Positions 52,651-64,000 of a DNA stretch of 64,000 nucleotides are shown one piece after another. Both the position numbers and the translations under genes were made by a program. Origin of the DNA: Octopus bimaculoides. Lineage: Eukaryota. The notes under the pieces were generated by a model, which was given only the letters and a program-made list of their open reading frames with translations, did no database searches and was not told where the DNA came from. Position 1 is the stretch's first letter, and each line of letters begins with the position of its first letter. Location: NCBI RefSeq assembly GCF_001194135.2, contig NC_068982.1, positions 97,765,404 to 97,829,403 of the forward strand, written 5' to 3'.

Positions 52651-53587
52651 GCCAACATCAACCATATAAACCCTGTCTATTATAAAGAAACAGTAACATA
52701 TGACATCATGCCTTATATCAAGAAGGTTTAGAAGGGTTAAGGAGTGATTTAAGAACTTTTACTGTGACAAAAAAGCGCATGAAACTTATAGAAAAATATG
52801 GAGGGGAAATAAACTTGATAAAAAAGATGAAACTAGGAAACAACTGTGTTAATTAATATGTTTTTTTTTCCATTACAACATATCTAAAAGAAAAGGTGAG
52901 ATCGATCAAATCCAGATAATGTGCGCATGTGTGTGTGTGTGTGTGGTAACACGTTTATCGGAACTGAGTAGACATCTTATGAACAGAAGCGAAATCGGTA
53001 TTCATGTTTATGTCTGCAAGATAGAGTTCCGTTATTAAATGATGTGTTATGGTATGTTTTCTGTTTATATTTTACAGCTTTCAACCGAGTGGAATTAGCA
53101 GGTGGCATTGCATTGTTATATATGTCCATTAATTAGTGAGTTTTTGTGGCTGCCAGTCTTGTTTTGTATGGTTTCGATACATTAACATCAGACAACACAG
53201 CACTACATTACACTACACACACATCCACCTACGCGCACCCATGCAACAGATTGATATATATATATATATATATGATCGTGGGCTGGTTTCTTACCACATA
53301 AGAAAACACTGGATTTGTGGGATGGTCACCATTGGGAGTATTTTCCTCACAAGTCTGCTTCATTACTGTTGACCTGTAGCTAAACAACAAGAATAACCTC
53401 CCCCCCCACACACATATACACTTTTTCTTCCTTAATCTTATGTTCATTAATTAATCGTCATATATAAATCCAATGAGATCACTGCATACTCTTTCTTTAA
53501 GAGAGTGTGTCCACTGTGGTGTATGCGTGTAGGAGTGTGTGTGTATAACTGCTGGTGTACACAGCCACAAAGAAACACATACACACA

Positions 53588-53644
<57 letters not shown>

Positions 53645-53982
53645 AATCACATACGTACTCACTCACGCACACACACGCGCGCACGTACACAACACTAATT
53701 GGTATATCCAGCCTTCGGACAAAATTAATTGACTAAAAAGAAAAAAGATACATTTTCTTTTCTGACATAATTGACAATGAAAGAATAAATGACAAAAAAA
53801 AAAAAGATAACAAATACTACCAACAGACAATTTCATCATATAAAACTGGCTTTGTTTTTATTATTGTCTGACAATACACTGATATTTGTTTCAGGTAAAA
53901 ATATCTTTTGACATTACTTAAAATGAGAAAATATTGAAAAATTTCATAATAAAGGATAATTTAACATTTTGTGATTCATTTA

Positions 53983-54042
<60 letters not shown>

Positions 54043-54078
54043 AATCAATCTATCTGTCTGTCTGCCTGTCTGTCTGCC

Positions 54079-54127
<49 letters not shown>

Positions 54128-54741
54128 NNNNNNNNNNCTATCTATCTATCTATCTATCTATCTATTTCTCTCTTTCTCTGTTTATATGTCTGTCTGTGTA
54201 TGTATGTATGAGTGTACGTATGTATGCATGTATATGTATATGTGCGTATGTATGTATTTATATGTAATATACATGTCTATAATACATACGTGTGTGTGTA
54301 TTTTTGTGTATGCGTGTGTATATATGTGTATTGTGTGTGTGTATGCGTTGTGTGTGTGAGAGTGTGTGTGTGCGCGTGTGTGTGTGTGTGTGTGTGGTGT
54401 GTGGGGTGTGGTGTGCGTGTGTTTGTTTGTTTGTGTGTGTGTGTGGCTTAGAAAATGGAAAAGAAAATAAATTCCTAAAATTTCAGATCTGGCAACTCTT
54501 CTGCATCCATCATAAAACTGAGCATGTGGAATAGGAAGGCTATTGTACTAGATAAAGGACAGTTACTTTTAAGCTCTGACCTTCGGTTGTATCGATCGAT
54601 ATTGCAGAGCACACCCGAAAAGAAATCAAAGTTCCGTCAATTCTTTTGGACAATCACTTGGTATTTATGGAATTCTTGGAATGGGAATTTTTTTTTTTTT
54701 CCTCGTTGGAACTTGTTTTTACTGTTGCTTCTATTTGTTGC

Positions 54742-54820
54742 GAAGGCGCGTGGCTTCGTGGTTAGGGTGTTCGGCTCACAATCGTAATGTCGCGAGATCG
54801 ATTCCCGGCGGCGCGTTGTT
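54742..54820 (+). mobile_element. Isolated tRNA-derived SINE head (family E)
   Basis: GAAGGCGCGTGGCTTCGTGGTTAGGG..GAGATCGATTCCCGG; abuts the broken 3' end of the LINE at 54818. Confidence 0.65.
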
Positions 54821-56536
54821 TCATTCGTTTTCAATTTCTTGTACAGTGCTTTATCTTTGCAATCTTTCATCCTACACAAGCCTGACCTTCTTACTTCTAG
54901 TAATAGCGGTTCTGTGGCGTTTTTTTTTTACATACCATGCTATACTGTTTTCTTCTGCTCTAATGCTGTGTTCGCATCCAATAAGTCCTCTTCCCCCTCT
55001 TTTTCTTGGTACATATAGTCTGTCTATGTCACTTTTTGGGTGGAGCGTCCCATATCTTGTTAGCGACTTCCTTGTATTTCTGTCTAAGCTGTTTAGTTCG
55101 TCTACTGTCCATGCGATTACCCCTGCTCCATATCTAAGGAGTGAAACCGTCCAGGTGTTGATAGCTTCAATCTTATTCCGTCCGTTTAATTTCAACTTAA
55201 GGATCAGTCTCAATCTGCGCAAGTACTCCACTTTAAATTTTCTGTCATTTCTTTCTCCATCAATTTATCCATTTCCAAAATCCCCAAGTCCTTATAGCCG
55301 TCTCTTCTATGTGCTTCATAACCTCCCCCGATGGTATCGATAGCCCGTTCATACATTTGATTTTGCCTCTCTTCAAGACTAAAACACCACGCTTTCTCAG
55401 TCCGAACTCCATTCTGATATCAGCACTGAAGGTATACACTGTATCAACGAGGGAACTGACTTGGGCTTCATCTTTACCATAAAGTTTGAGGTCATCCATG
55501 AATAACAAGTGGTTGACTTTTTGTTGGCGGCTTTTGAATACATACCCAGCTTTTGCTTTCCTCAGTGGTATTAAGTAGTATCAAGTGATATCAAGCAAAG
55601 TACAAAGATCAGTGGGGACAGGTAGTCCCCTTGGAAGATGCTCCTCTTGATTTCTATTGTCCTTAAACTTCTTCCCTATGTTGTCAAGTCCGTCCTCCAA
55701 TTCGCCATACTTTTTCCAAGCAATCGCTCAACATTCGATGCAGTACCAAATAGGTTCATACATTTCATTATCCAAGAGTGTCGGATCATATCATACGCCT
55801 TACGATAGTCGATCCATGACATGGCTAAGCTACTGATCCACATATTGCAGTCTCTAAGTACAGTTTTGTCTATCAGGAGTTGATCCTTGGTACCTCTGCA
55901 ATTACGCTTGCAACCCTTCTGCTCCTGTGGCAGGACTCCATTTTTTTCCAGATGTTCGTACATTGACTCTGCGAGTATTCCAGTCAATAATTTCCACGTA
56001 AGTGGCAAACAGGATATTGGCCCGTAATTGTCTACTGTATTGCCTTTTTCGATGTTTTTCAAGCACAGCACTGTCCTACCAAATGTCAAGTACTCTGCTG
56101 TTACTTGGTCGGCATTTAACAAGGTGTTGAGTTGCGGAGATATTCGTTCATGACATTCACCAAATCTTTTGATCCAGTAGCTTTGAACTCCATCTGGTCC
56201 TGGGGTCTTCCAGTTGCTCATTTTTTGCTGATTTTCTTCACTTCCCTCACTGAAATGATTAGTTCAGCCTGTTTTGGACAGACTAAAGTTTGTTTCATTT
56301 CTTGTAACCATTCAACATCCTCCTTGTGCTCCTTGTCTTTGCTCCAGATGTCACTCCAAAACCTTTGACTTTCATTGTTATCTGGTATCAACTTTTCATC
56401 TGTACACTCTCCATTTATTTCTTTATAGAATCTCTTCTGATCTCCTCTGAATACTCTATTCTGGTGGTAACCCTTCATTCTTTGGTCGTATCTTACCAAC
56501 TTTGCTTTCTTTGCTACGAGGCGTTGTTTCAGTTCC
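54818..56536 (-). mobile_element. R4/Dong-like LINE, RT through post-RT (same family as 16967-18092)
   Basis: [68 protein letters not shown]; roughly 90% identical to 16967-18092 by eye. Confidence 0.9.
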
Positions 56537-56547
56537 TATTATTATTA

Positions 56548-57457
56548 CTGTCAGCTGTTCACTACCAGTGAACTAAGATAACACCCCTTTTTTTCTAGCA
56601 CCTTCCGGAGTATTCGAGCGGTTCCAAGCAGTGCTGTTTTCTGCAAGTGCTCCACCCTTATTGCAGCCCCTATTTGTTCCATGTACTTCTCAATACTTTT
56701 ACTCACTGTTGTCAGGGCTCTAACAATTATTGGTACTACTACCACCTTTTTCAGTGACCACAACTGCTTAACTTCCCAAGCTAACCTGTCATATCTCTCA
56801 ACTTTTCTTTCTTCCTTATCGCATACCTTGTTGTCAGCTGGGCATGCTATATCTATAATTTAGCATCGTTTTGCTTTGTTTCTCAATTAACACTATGTCT
56901 GGCTTCCTATTCTCTATCTCATGGTCACATTGACTCTTAAAATCTCATAGGATTTTGCATTATCATTATCGATTATGCCTTCAGGTTTATGTTCGTACCA
57001 CTTTTTTTCTCTGTCAAGTCCATACTTGTTGCAAAGTGTCCAATGTACAATCCTTGCTACGTTATCATGACGTCTCTTATATTCTTTCTAGGCTAGTGGC
57101 ATACATTGGCTGGTAATATGCCATACGGTTTCACAGTTTTGTCCACAAATTCTGCACTTATCACTTTTTCTGTATTTGACGCAATTGGCTCTTAATACTT
57201 GCTCTTGGGTAGCACATATCAGAGCCTCCGTTTCCGGTTTATAATCACTTTTAGTCTTCCATAGCCATCTTTTTTCTCTGTCTTATCTTCAACATCCCTA
57301 TGAATTTGTCCATGCATTCTTTTCTTTACCCATCTATTTTCAGTTTCCATCGTTTTCATTTGCTTGTACAGTGCTTTATCTTTGTAATCTTCCATCCTAC
57401 ACAAGTTTGACCTTCCTTCCAATAATAATCGTTCTGTGGCATTTTTTTCATACCATG

Positions 57458-57460
<3 letters not shown>
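56548..57460 (-). mobile_element. R4/Dong-like LINE 3' end, with (TAA)3 tail at 56537-56547
   Basis: MHGQ, CRICGQNCETVWHITSQC knuckle, RRHDNVARIVHW, KPDIVL and VPIIVRAL..QKTALLGTARILRKVLE. Confidence 0.9.
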
Positions 57461-57511
<51 letters not shown>

Positions 57512-57532
57512 TGCTATTAACTTTATTATTGC

Positions 57533-57596
<64 letters not shown>

Positions 57597-57597
<1 letters not shown>

Positions 57598-58734
57598 CTT
57601 CGTAACATAGTGTAAGTAAAAATTCACCGGAGTCTTTAGTCATGTGTTATATAACAACAAGGATCTCAAACATAATACTTTCCTTAAGATGTGTGCTGTG
57701 CCCAATAAGGCTGATTTTGCATGGGATTTCCAATTGCCTTAAGAAGTCTTGAAGTTTCAATAGGATTGAGCCCAGCGCTCCGATCACCACTGGTATCACT
57801 TTTACATTACCCTCTCGCATTCCATACAGTCTTGCCATTTCCACTTTTAATTTGAATTATCTGGTGATTTTTCAACCCCTTTACTCACATCATTCATGTC
57901 ATTTGATCTGACAGTATTCGTCTCTCTTACTCAGTATGACAATATCCGCCGACGGTGTTCGATTATACGATCCGTCTGAAAATCATAGTCCCAGAGAATC
58001 GTTACTTTTCCATCCTCCTGCATAACTTTACTTGGTACATGTTCATAACATTTCTCTGCTACTTCATATTGGTATTTACCGCATAAGAGCCAATGAAGAT
58101 ACATACACATTTTATCGTAGCGACGCTTGTATTCTTTCTATGTAAGGCTCTCCCATCCACTTACCAAGTGGATCACATTTTCCACACTTTTTCCACTTTT
58201 TCTGGGTGTCAGAAGTTTTATAGATGTTATACTTCACTGAATTGGTAGCGAGAGCCTGGTCTTGTGCAGCAATGATCAGGTTTTCTGTGGTACGCTTCAA
58301 ATCACCTCGCTCAAGTCATGCCCACGATGCTGTATTATTCTTAACGTTCTATGTATTCCTTTCAAACTGTCCATGCATTCTCATTTCAAGAAAACCTTCT
58401 TTTCTTTTCTCCTCAGCTCTTTGCCTAAACTCTACCTTGCCCATCATTTCATCTGCATTTACAAGCAAATCTTTTGTGGCATATTGCAGCAAGTCTTCAT
58501 CACTATTTATCAAATACTCGGCAAGCGTTCTCCTTTCACTCCTCATACATTGGTCCATGCTAATTAGTCTCTGCCACCATTCTTTCTTTTCATATACAGC
58601 CTGTTTACGTTTGTTTTAGGTTGTAGCACCCCATGCAGCGTCATCAACTTTCTCGTCCTTCTATTCAGTGGTGATATTTTCTCCTTAGTTCATTTGAGGA
58701 TGGACGCACTATATCTGACCACCGCAACTGCCCA
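57597..58734 (-). mobile_element. R4-clade LINE 3' portion (second subfamily), with long (TAA)n tail at 57531-57596
   Basis: WAVAVVRYS..RLYMKRK..MHGQF..TENLIIAAQDQALATN..PSDRIIEHRRR..VIPVVIGALG. Confidence 0.8.
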
Positions 58735-58740
58735 CTACAA

Positions 58741-59515
58741 GGCCTGGTAGTTCCTTGTAGACAGGCATTGATCTTGGGCTGCTATGATAAACCCTTCTGT
58801 TTCAGATTTTAAGCCATAAGCCATTAACTATTGTCAACATCGACATTGTTTTTCAACATCAGCATCATTCGCTCTCTTTGGGTATTTGCCATTCAAAGGT
58901 TTTTGCTGTCATTTATCAGTAAGAATATCTAAGGCAGCAGTTTTCGCACTGATTTTCATGCGCTTAGTTTTTCTGCGCTTGTTTCTCGTATATCTAATTC
59001 CGGAATTTGTTGTATTTGGAATTCACTTAGATATTCCTTTGCTTGTTTTGTTACTGAGTATGATGCTTTCTCGTTTTCATGCTTTGGGACAAGTTTTAAC
59101 ATCCAGTCCTCAGAATTTTCCATGTAGGTGTCTAGGCCAATTGTGGCAATCTTCATTGATAATGCCAGTTGTAAAAGTCCACGGCCTCCCTCTTTTCTTG
59201 GCAGATAAAGTCGTTCTATATCTGCCTTAGGGTGGTGCATTCAATACATTGTCAACAGTTTTCGTATTTTTCTGTCAAGATTACATATTTCAGTAATTGA
59301 CCAGTTAATGATATGGAAACTGTAAGTCACGACTGGTATTGATCGCTTCGATCCTGTTTCTTGCATTCAGCTTTGTCTTAAGTATTGCTCTCACCCTGCG
59401 ATAACATTCTCTCCTGATCTTTCCCTCATCACTGAATGCCTGATTCCGCCCCCTTCAAATACCCGTAGGTATTTGTAGCTCTCCGCTGGTTCTAGCTCCT
59501 TTATGACTTTCTGCT

Positions 59516-59518
<3 letters not shown>
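58741..59518 (-). mobile_element. R4-clade LINE post-RT fragment (third subfamily)
   Basis: QKVIKELEPAESYKYL, MHHPKADIERLYLPRKEGGRGLLQL and GLKSETEGFIIAAQDQ; (TAA)n upstream on minus. Confidence 0.8.
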
Positions 59519-59592
<74 letters not shown>

Positions 59593-60602
59593 TTTATTAT
59601 CATCATCATTACCATCATCCTCATCATCACCACCATCATTATAATCATCATAATAATTATTATTTAATTAACTTGAAATTATCTTCCTTTACTTGTGATT
59701 CGCTACCGATTTTAGCTAGGGTCTGTTCTTCTTTCTCCAACCAAGAAAGAAATTTCAGCTGATTAAGACTATTCTGCATTGGTCTTTTAGTTCATAAACA
59801 CCTACTTGGCATCTTATTCTATGGCTTATTTGAGTTATTTCCTTAAGCTCAGTTTCTTTGAGCATTATTTGGATATTCACATTTTCGTTTCTACTCCGAG
59901 TAGCTTCACATAGGATTGAAAAATCATTAGATAATTTCAATATATTGTTAAATTCTTCAACCATCATACCTTTAAATTCATATTGCTTTCACATGACTGT
60001 TCTTACATATACGAGACTGCAGAAGAAACTTTCCTTGGCGGAAACGGAGAGCCTGTCACAATGGTTGGATTTTCATGCTTGGAAAAGAGATGTATTCCAG
60101 AAAAGTGAAGAATATTGCAGTATATTACAAGCTGAATTGGCTACTCTTGGCCGTTTAGTTCAATAATCTCTCCACTACAATAATAAATTTATTGCTACTT
60201 GTTATTTTTATCCTGACTTTAGTATAGACACCTTATCTCTAGTACAATTAGAACATTTTTGAAGCATTCTTTTGATGAAGTTTAATCAAGAGGAATAATC
60301 ACTAAGCTACTGGAGGTACAATTTTCAGTTTGAAAGGTTAATGTTATGTGTCTCGGAGTATTTTGATGTAGACTTCGAATCAGATTCGACTATAGATATA
60401 TCTTTAGAGCATAAAACACTGAATATTGTGAATATGTGAACAGATTTTTCAATACGAAATAATGAAAGAATACAGTATTTTCTGACTTCCATAGTATTTG
60501 AAACCTTGTTATAAATTTTCGAAGATATGACTTTTAGATATGAAATTTCATTAACGATATACGACAGACAAATGTATGTATGTATGTATGTATGTATGTA
60601 TG

Positions 60603-60632
<30 letters not shown>

Positions 60633-60633
<1 letters not shown>

Positions 60634-60975
60634 TTATCCAGTTTTATTTCAAGATTTTTTGCCAATACACGAGTCGGTTTCAAGGTTACTCCATTGGAAT
60701 TTCAACATCAGCATGGTATTTCTGCATGTATGTGTGTATATGTGCAGTGTTAGGAATCAGTGAATGTGCAGATTTGTATGCTTTGTTTTTTGTATGTATT
60801 CTCATGTATATAGTTGCATGTATAGACATGCGCTTATATACTTAAATGATAAACTTCTGGAAAGTGTTTACAACTTTTTCCAGTTCCAGTGATGGCTTGG
60901 ATCTGCAGTCTTCGAATTAGCTTTCTCCTCTCTGGTTTTGAGAAGCCTAATTTTTCAAGATTGGTACTTAGGCAG
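60633..60975 (-). mobile_element. Short 3' end of the (TACA)n-associated RLE LINE family
   Basis: Reverse complement matches 8680-9019 and 30840-31160; (TATG)n on both sides (60572-60631 and 60976-61003). Confidence 0.85.
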
Positions 60976-61967
60976 TATGTATGTATGTATGTATGTATGT
61001 ATGTTATGAGAGATGACTAAGAACGTGTATGCGTGAGAAAGAGAGAAAGATTGATGAATATGCGAAAGAATAGAAAAACCAATTTGACGTGAAAGTCACA
61101 CAAGGTCTTTTTTTATATCTCATACTAACACTACTATTGAACTACAACTCCATGACAACTTTCAGTCTTTCTACATCTCTTTTGTTAACTCATACCTACT
61201 TTACTCCAGGGACATCTCGGAGCCGAAATTTTATTTATTTATTTATCTATTTATTTATTCATTGATTTATTTATTTTGTTCATGCATTATTCTACTTTGC
61301 ATCTGGATGTTCCTGGGAAATTTGGTAAAGGCTTGATGAGAAACGGCAACTTTGCTTGAAGCTGAACATCGAACCTGACAGATATAGATTACGTTCCCCA
61401 CATTCACATCCAAAAAATCATATAAAGATATAAATAATCTCTTTCTATAAATATTATTACAAGTTGTCTTTTTTGTTGTTGTTATTGTATTTTAAGAATG
61501 TGCTAAAGAAATTCCTTTGGAAATGTTCGATAGCAAAACAGCAATTTTTATCAAGGCATTACCACCTGCTTCTGTAGATTTGATATTGCTAGTATAAAGT
61601 AATTTCAACTGTATCTGAACAGATGCACCTGACGTTTATAGGAGAAGGTTGGGTAGTGCGTAGTGGTGGAATTACCATAGTTTATAGCCCTTTAATAGGT
61701 CTCGTTTGTCTGTAAGTAATGTGGGTTGCAATGATTCCAGAGTTCCCATGGTGATGATAGTAACAATAATGATACGATAACGGTTATAATATGGTTAATA
61801 ATGTGACTCCTGTGAAACTGTAAGTATATTTAACTGCAACAACCCTCTGCAATCATCTTCCACCGTAGCACTGATAACAGGCAAAACTCAGCTCGGATGA
61901 ATACATTAGTTTCGGAAAGATATTAATATGTGTGTATCTATGTAATGTAATGTATGTATGTATGTAT

Positions 61968-62050
<83 letters not shown>

Positions 62051-62209
62051 TGCACATTATATGATATATGCGCAGTTATATATGTGAATATAGTTTATGC
62101 ACCTAGATTTATGCATATATACACGGACATACGTATATACACATATATTAATATATATACATAAATATGCATATGTGTGTGGGGTCTGTCTGTCTATCTG
62201 TCTGTCTGC

Positions 62210-62257
<48 letters not shown>

Positions 62258-63030
62258 NNNNNNNNNNNNNNNNNNNNNNNNNNNNNNNNNNNNNNNNNNN
62301 NNNNNNNNNNNNNNNNNNNNNNNNNNNNNNNNNNNNNNNNNNNNNNNNNNNNNNNNNNNNNNNNNNNNNNNNNNNNNNNNNNNNNNNTGTGTGTGTGTGT
62401 GTGTGTGTGGTGTGTAGTAGGTACGGCATAACCCAAATTGTGTCCTCTTGAAGTAAATCTGCTCATTCCAGTACCCAAAAACTGTATGTAGATGTTATAT
62501 TTGTAGGAGGTATGCATAAAATTAATTACATAGTAAAACAGGAGATTGGAAAAAGATTTTGGTATTATTTATTCACCATTACACGTTTCATTTTTGGGAC
62601 AGAGAATCGAATAATATTATTTGATTCTATATCTGAAGAATTTCTAATAGGAAATATCTCACATGTTTCTCCTACATGTACAATTTTGTGACTCCTATTA
62701 TCAAATGAAACATATAATGCTGAATAAATTTTTTCCAATCTCCTTCTATTATAGCCCCGAGCCGACCAATGAAGCATGCGTATAACGAGTTCTACACCAG
62801 GTTATTAGTGTCGCAATGCCTAAGCTATACTAATTACCAGGTGTAGAAATCTCAGTATACATATGCTTCTGAACAAAGCGTCAATCGAGTACAGAGCGAG
62901 TAATAAGAGAAAGGAGATGACAAAGGAATAAACGATTATTTTATGAGCTTCATTAGCTTACAGCGGTAATCGTTCATTCCTTTGAAATCACGTTTCGTAT
63001 ATATATATAGATAGACAAACAGATAGCTAA

Positions 63031-63101
<71 letters not shown>

Positions 63102-63158
63102 CAGACAGACAGACAGGCAGACAGACAGACAGACAGATAGCTAGATAGACAGACAGAC

Positions 63159-63219
<61 letters not shown>

Positions 63220-64000
63220 TACATAGGCATAGGTATATTCATATATAAATATATACATGCATGAATTTATAAAAATACTGTATTTATTACACGACTGTAT
63301 TCTACTTTCGTCTCTGTTATCATGCTCGGAACGTAAAGACTCGAATCAAATAGAGCAAAGCAATTTTTTTTTCTGACGCTCAAACTATTCTTTCGATCCA
63401 TTACACTAAAGAAGATAAATAACAGCAGTACTATTTATAGCAAATCATAATGTTTAAATAAACACAAACAACATATATTAGTCACAGATAAAATAAACAA
63501 CTAACTGATGACGAATAAATGTCACAGTCAAAGTTCAAATTTCGGTGGTAACGACTTCACCACTTGCATTCGCGCTGCATATACTAAAAGATTCAGAGGC
63601 GTACACCAACATCACTTCGTTCTGAAGATAAGACTATAAAGGCTTGGAAACACTAATTGAAAAAGACAATAAGGCATATGAAAATATGAAGCAAAGATGA
63701 AATTAGAACATAGTCGTGTTTTCAATATAACATTGCCTAATAGAACTGGTGCTCCTAACATATAGAAATATAAATTTACCGATATATATTTATCTCTAAT
63801 ACACATGCACATTTTATTCGTATATATATATATATATATATGTCATGTGCATGTAGGTATGCATATTTGAATACATACATATATATACACACACACACGT
63901 ACATACATACATACATACATACAAACATACATACATACATGCGCATACAGACATACACACATATATACATATACATATATATATACATATATATATATAT

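Overview
This is AT-rich, microsatellite-saturated eukaryotic DNA with about 14 N-gaps, mostly next to (TA)n tracts. The repeat landscape resembles a coleoid cephalopod such as Octopus, which is inference from pattern recognition and not a search result. I can support only 301 bp of host coding sequence: two + strand exons (11045-11231, 38112-38225) that splice in frame across a 26.9-kb intron and encode consecutive WD40 repeats. Most other recognisable sequence is transposon-derived: several tRNA-derived SINE families, many R4/Dong-like RLE LINE fragments, Penelope-like elements, Tc1/mariner remnants, MITEs, and two 3' ends of a putative LINE carrying C2H2 zinc fingers. Strongest leads: (1) an RLE LINE family whose three copies all sit in (TACA)n; (2) a same-strand chain of four RLE fragments associated with (TAA)n; (3) a 347-bp SINE-derived palindrome about 0.9 kb downstream of the first exon; (4) two hammerhead-ribozyme-like motifs; (5) a splice acceptor preceded directly by (ATT)19; (6) an internally deleted mini-LINE. 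No prokaryotic-type genes, CRISPR arrays or rRNA were seen. TE boundaries and identities are by-eye estimates.
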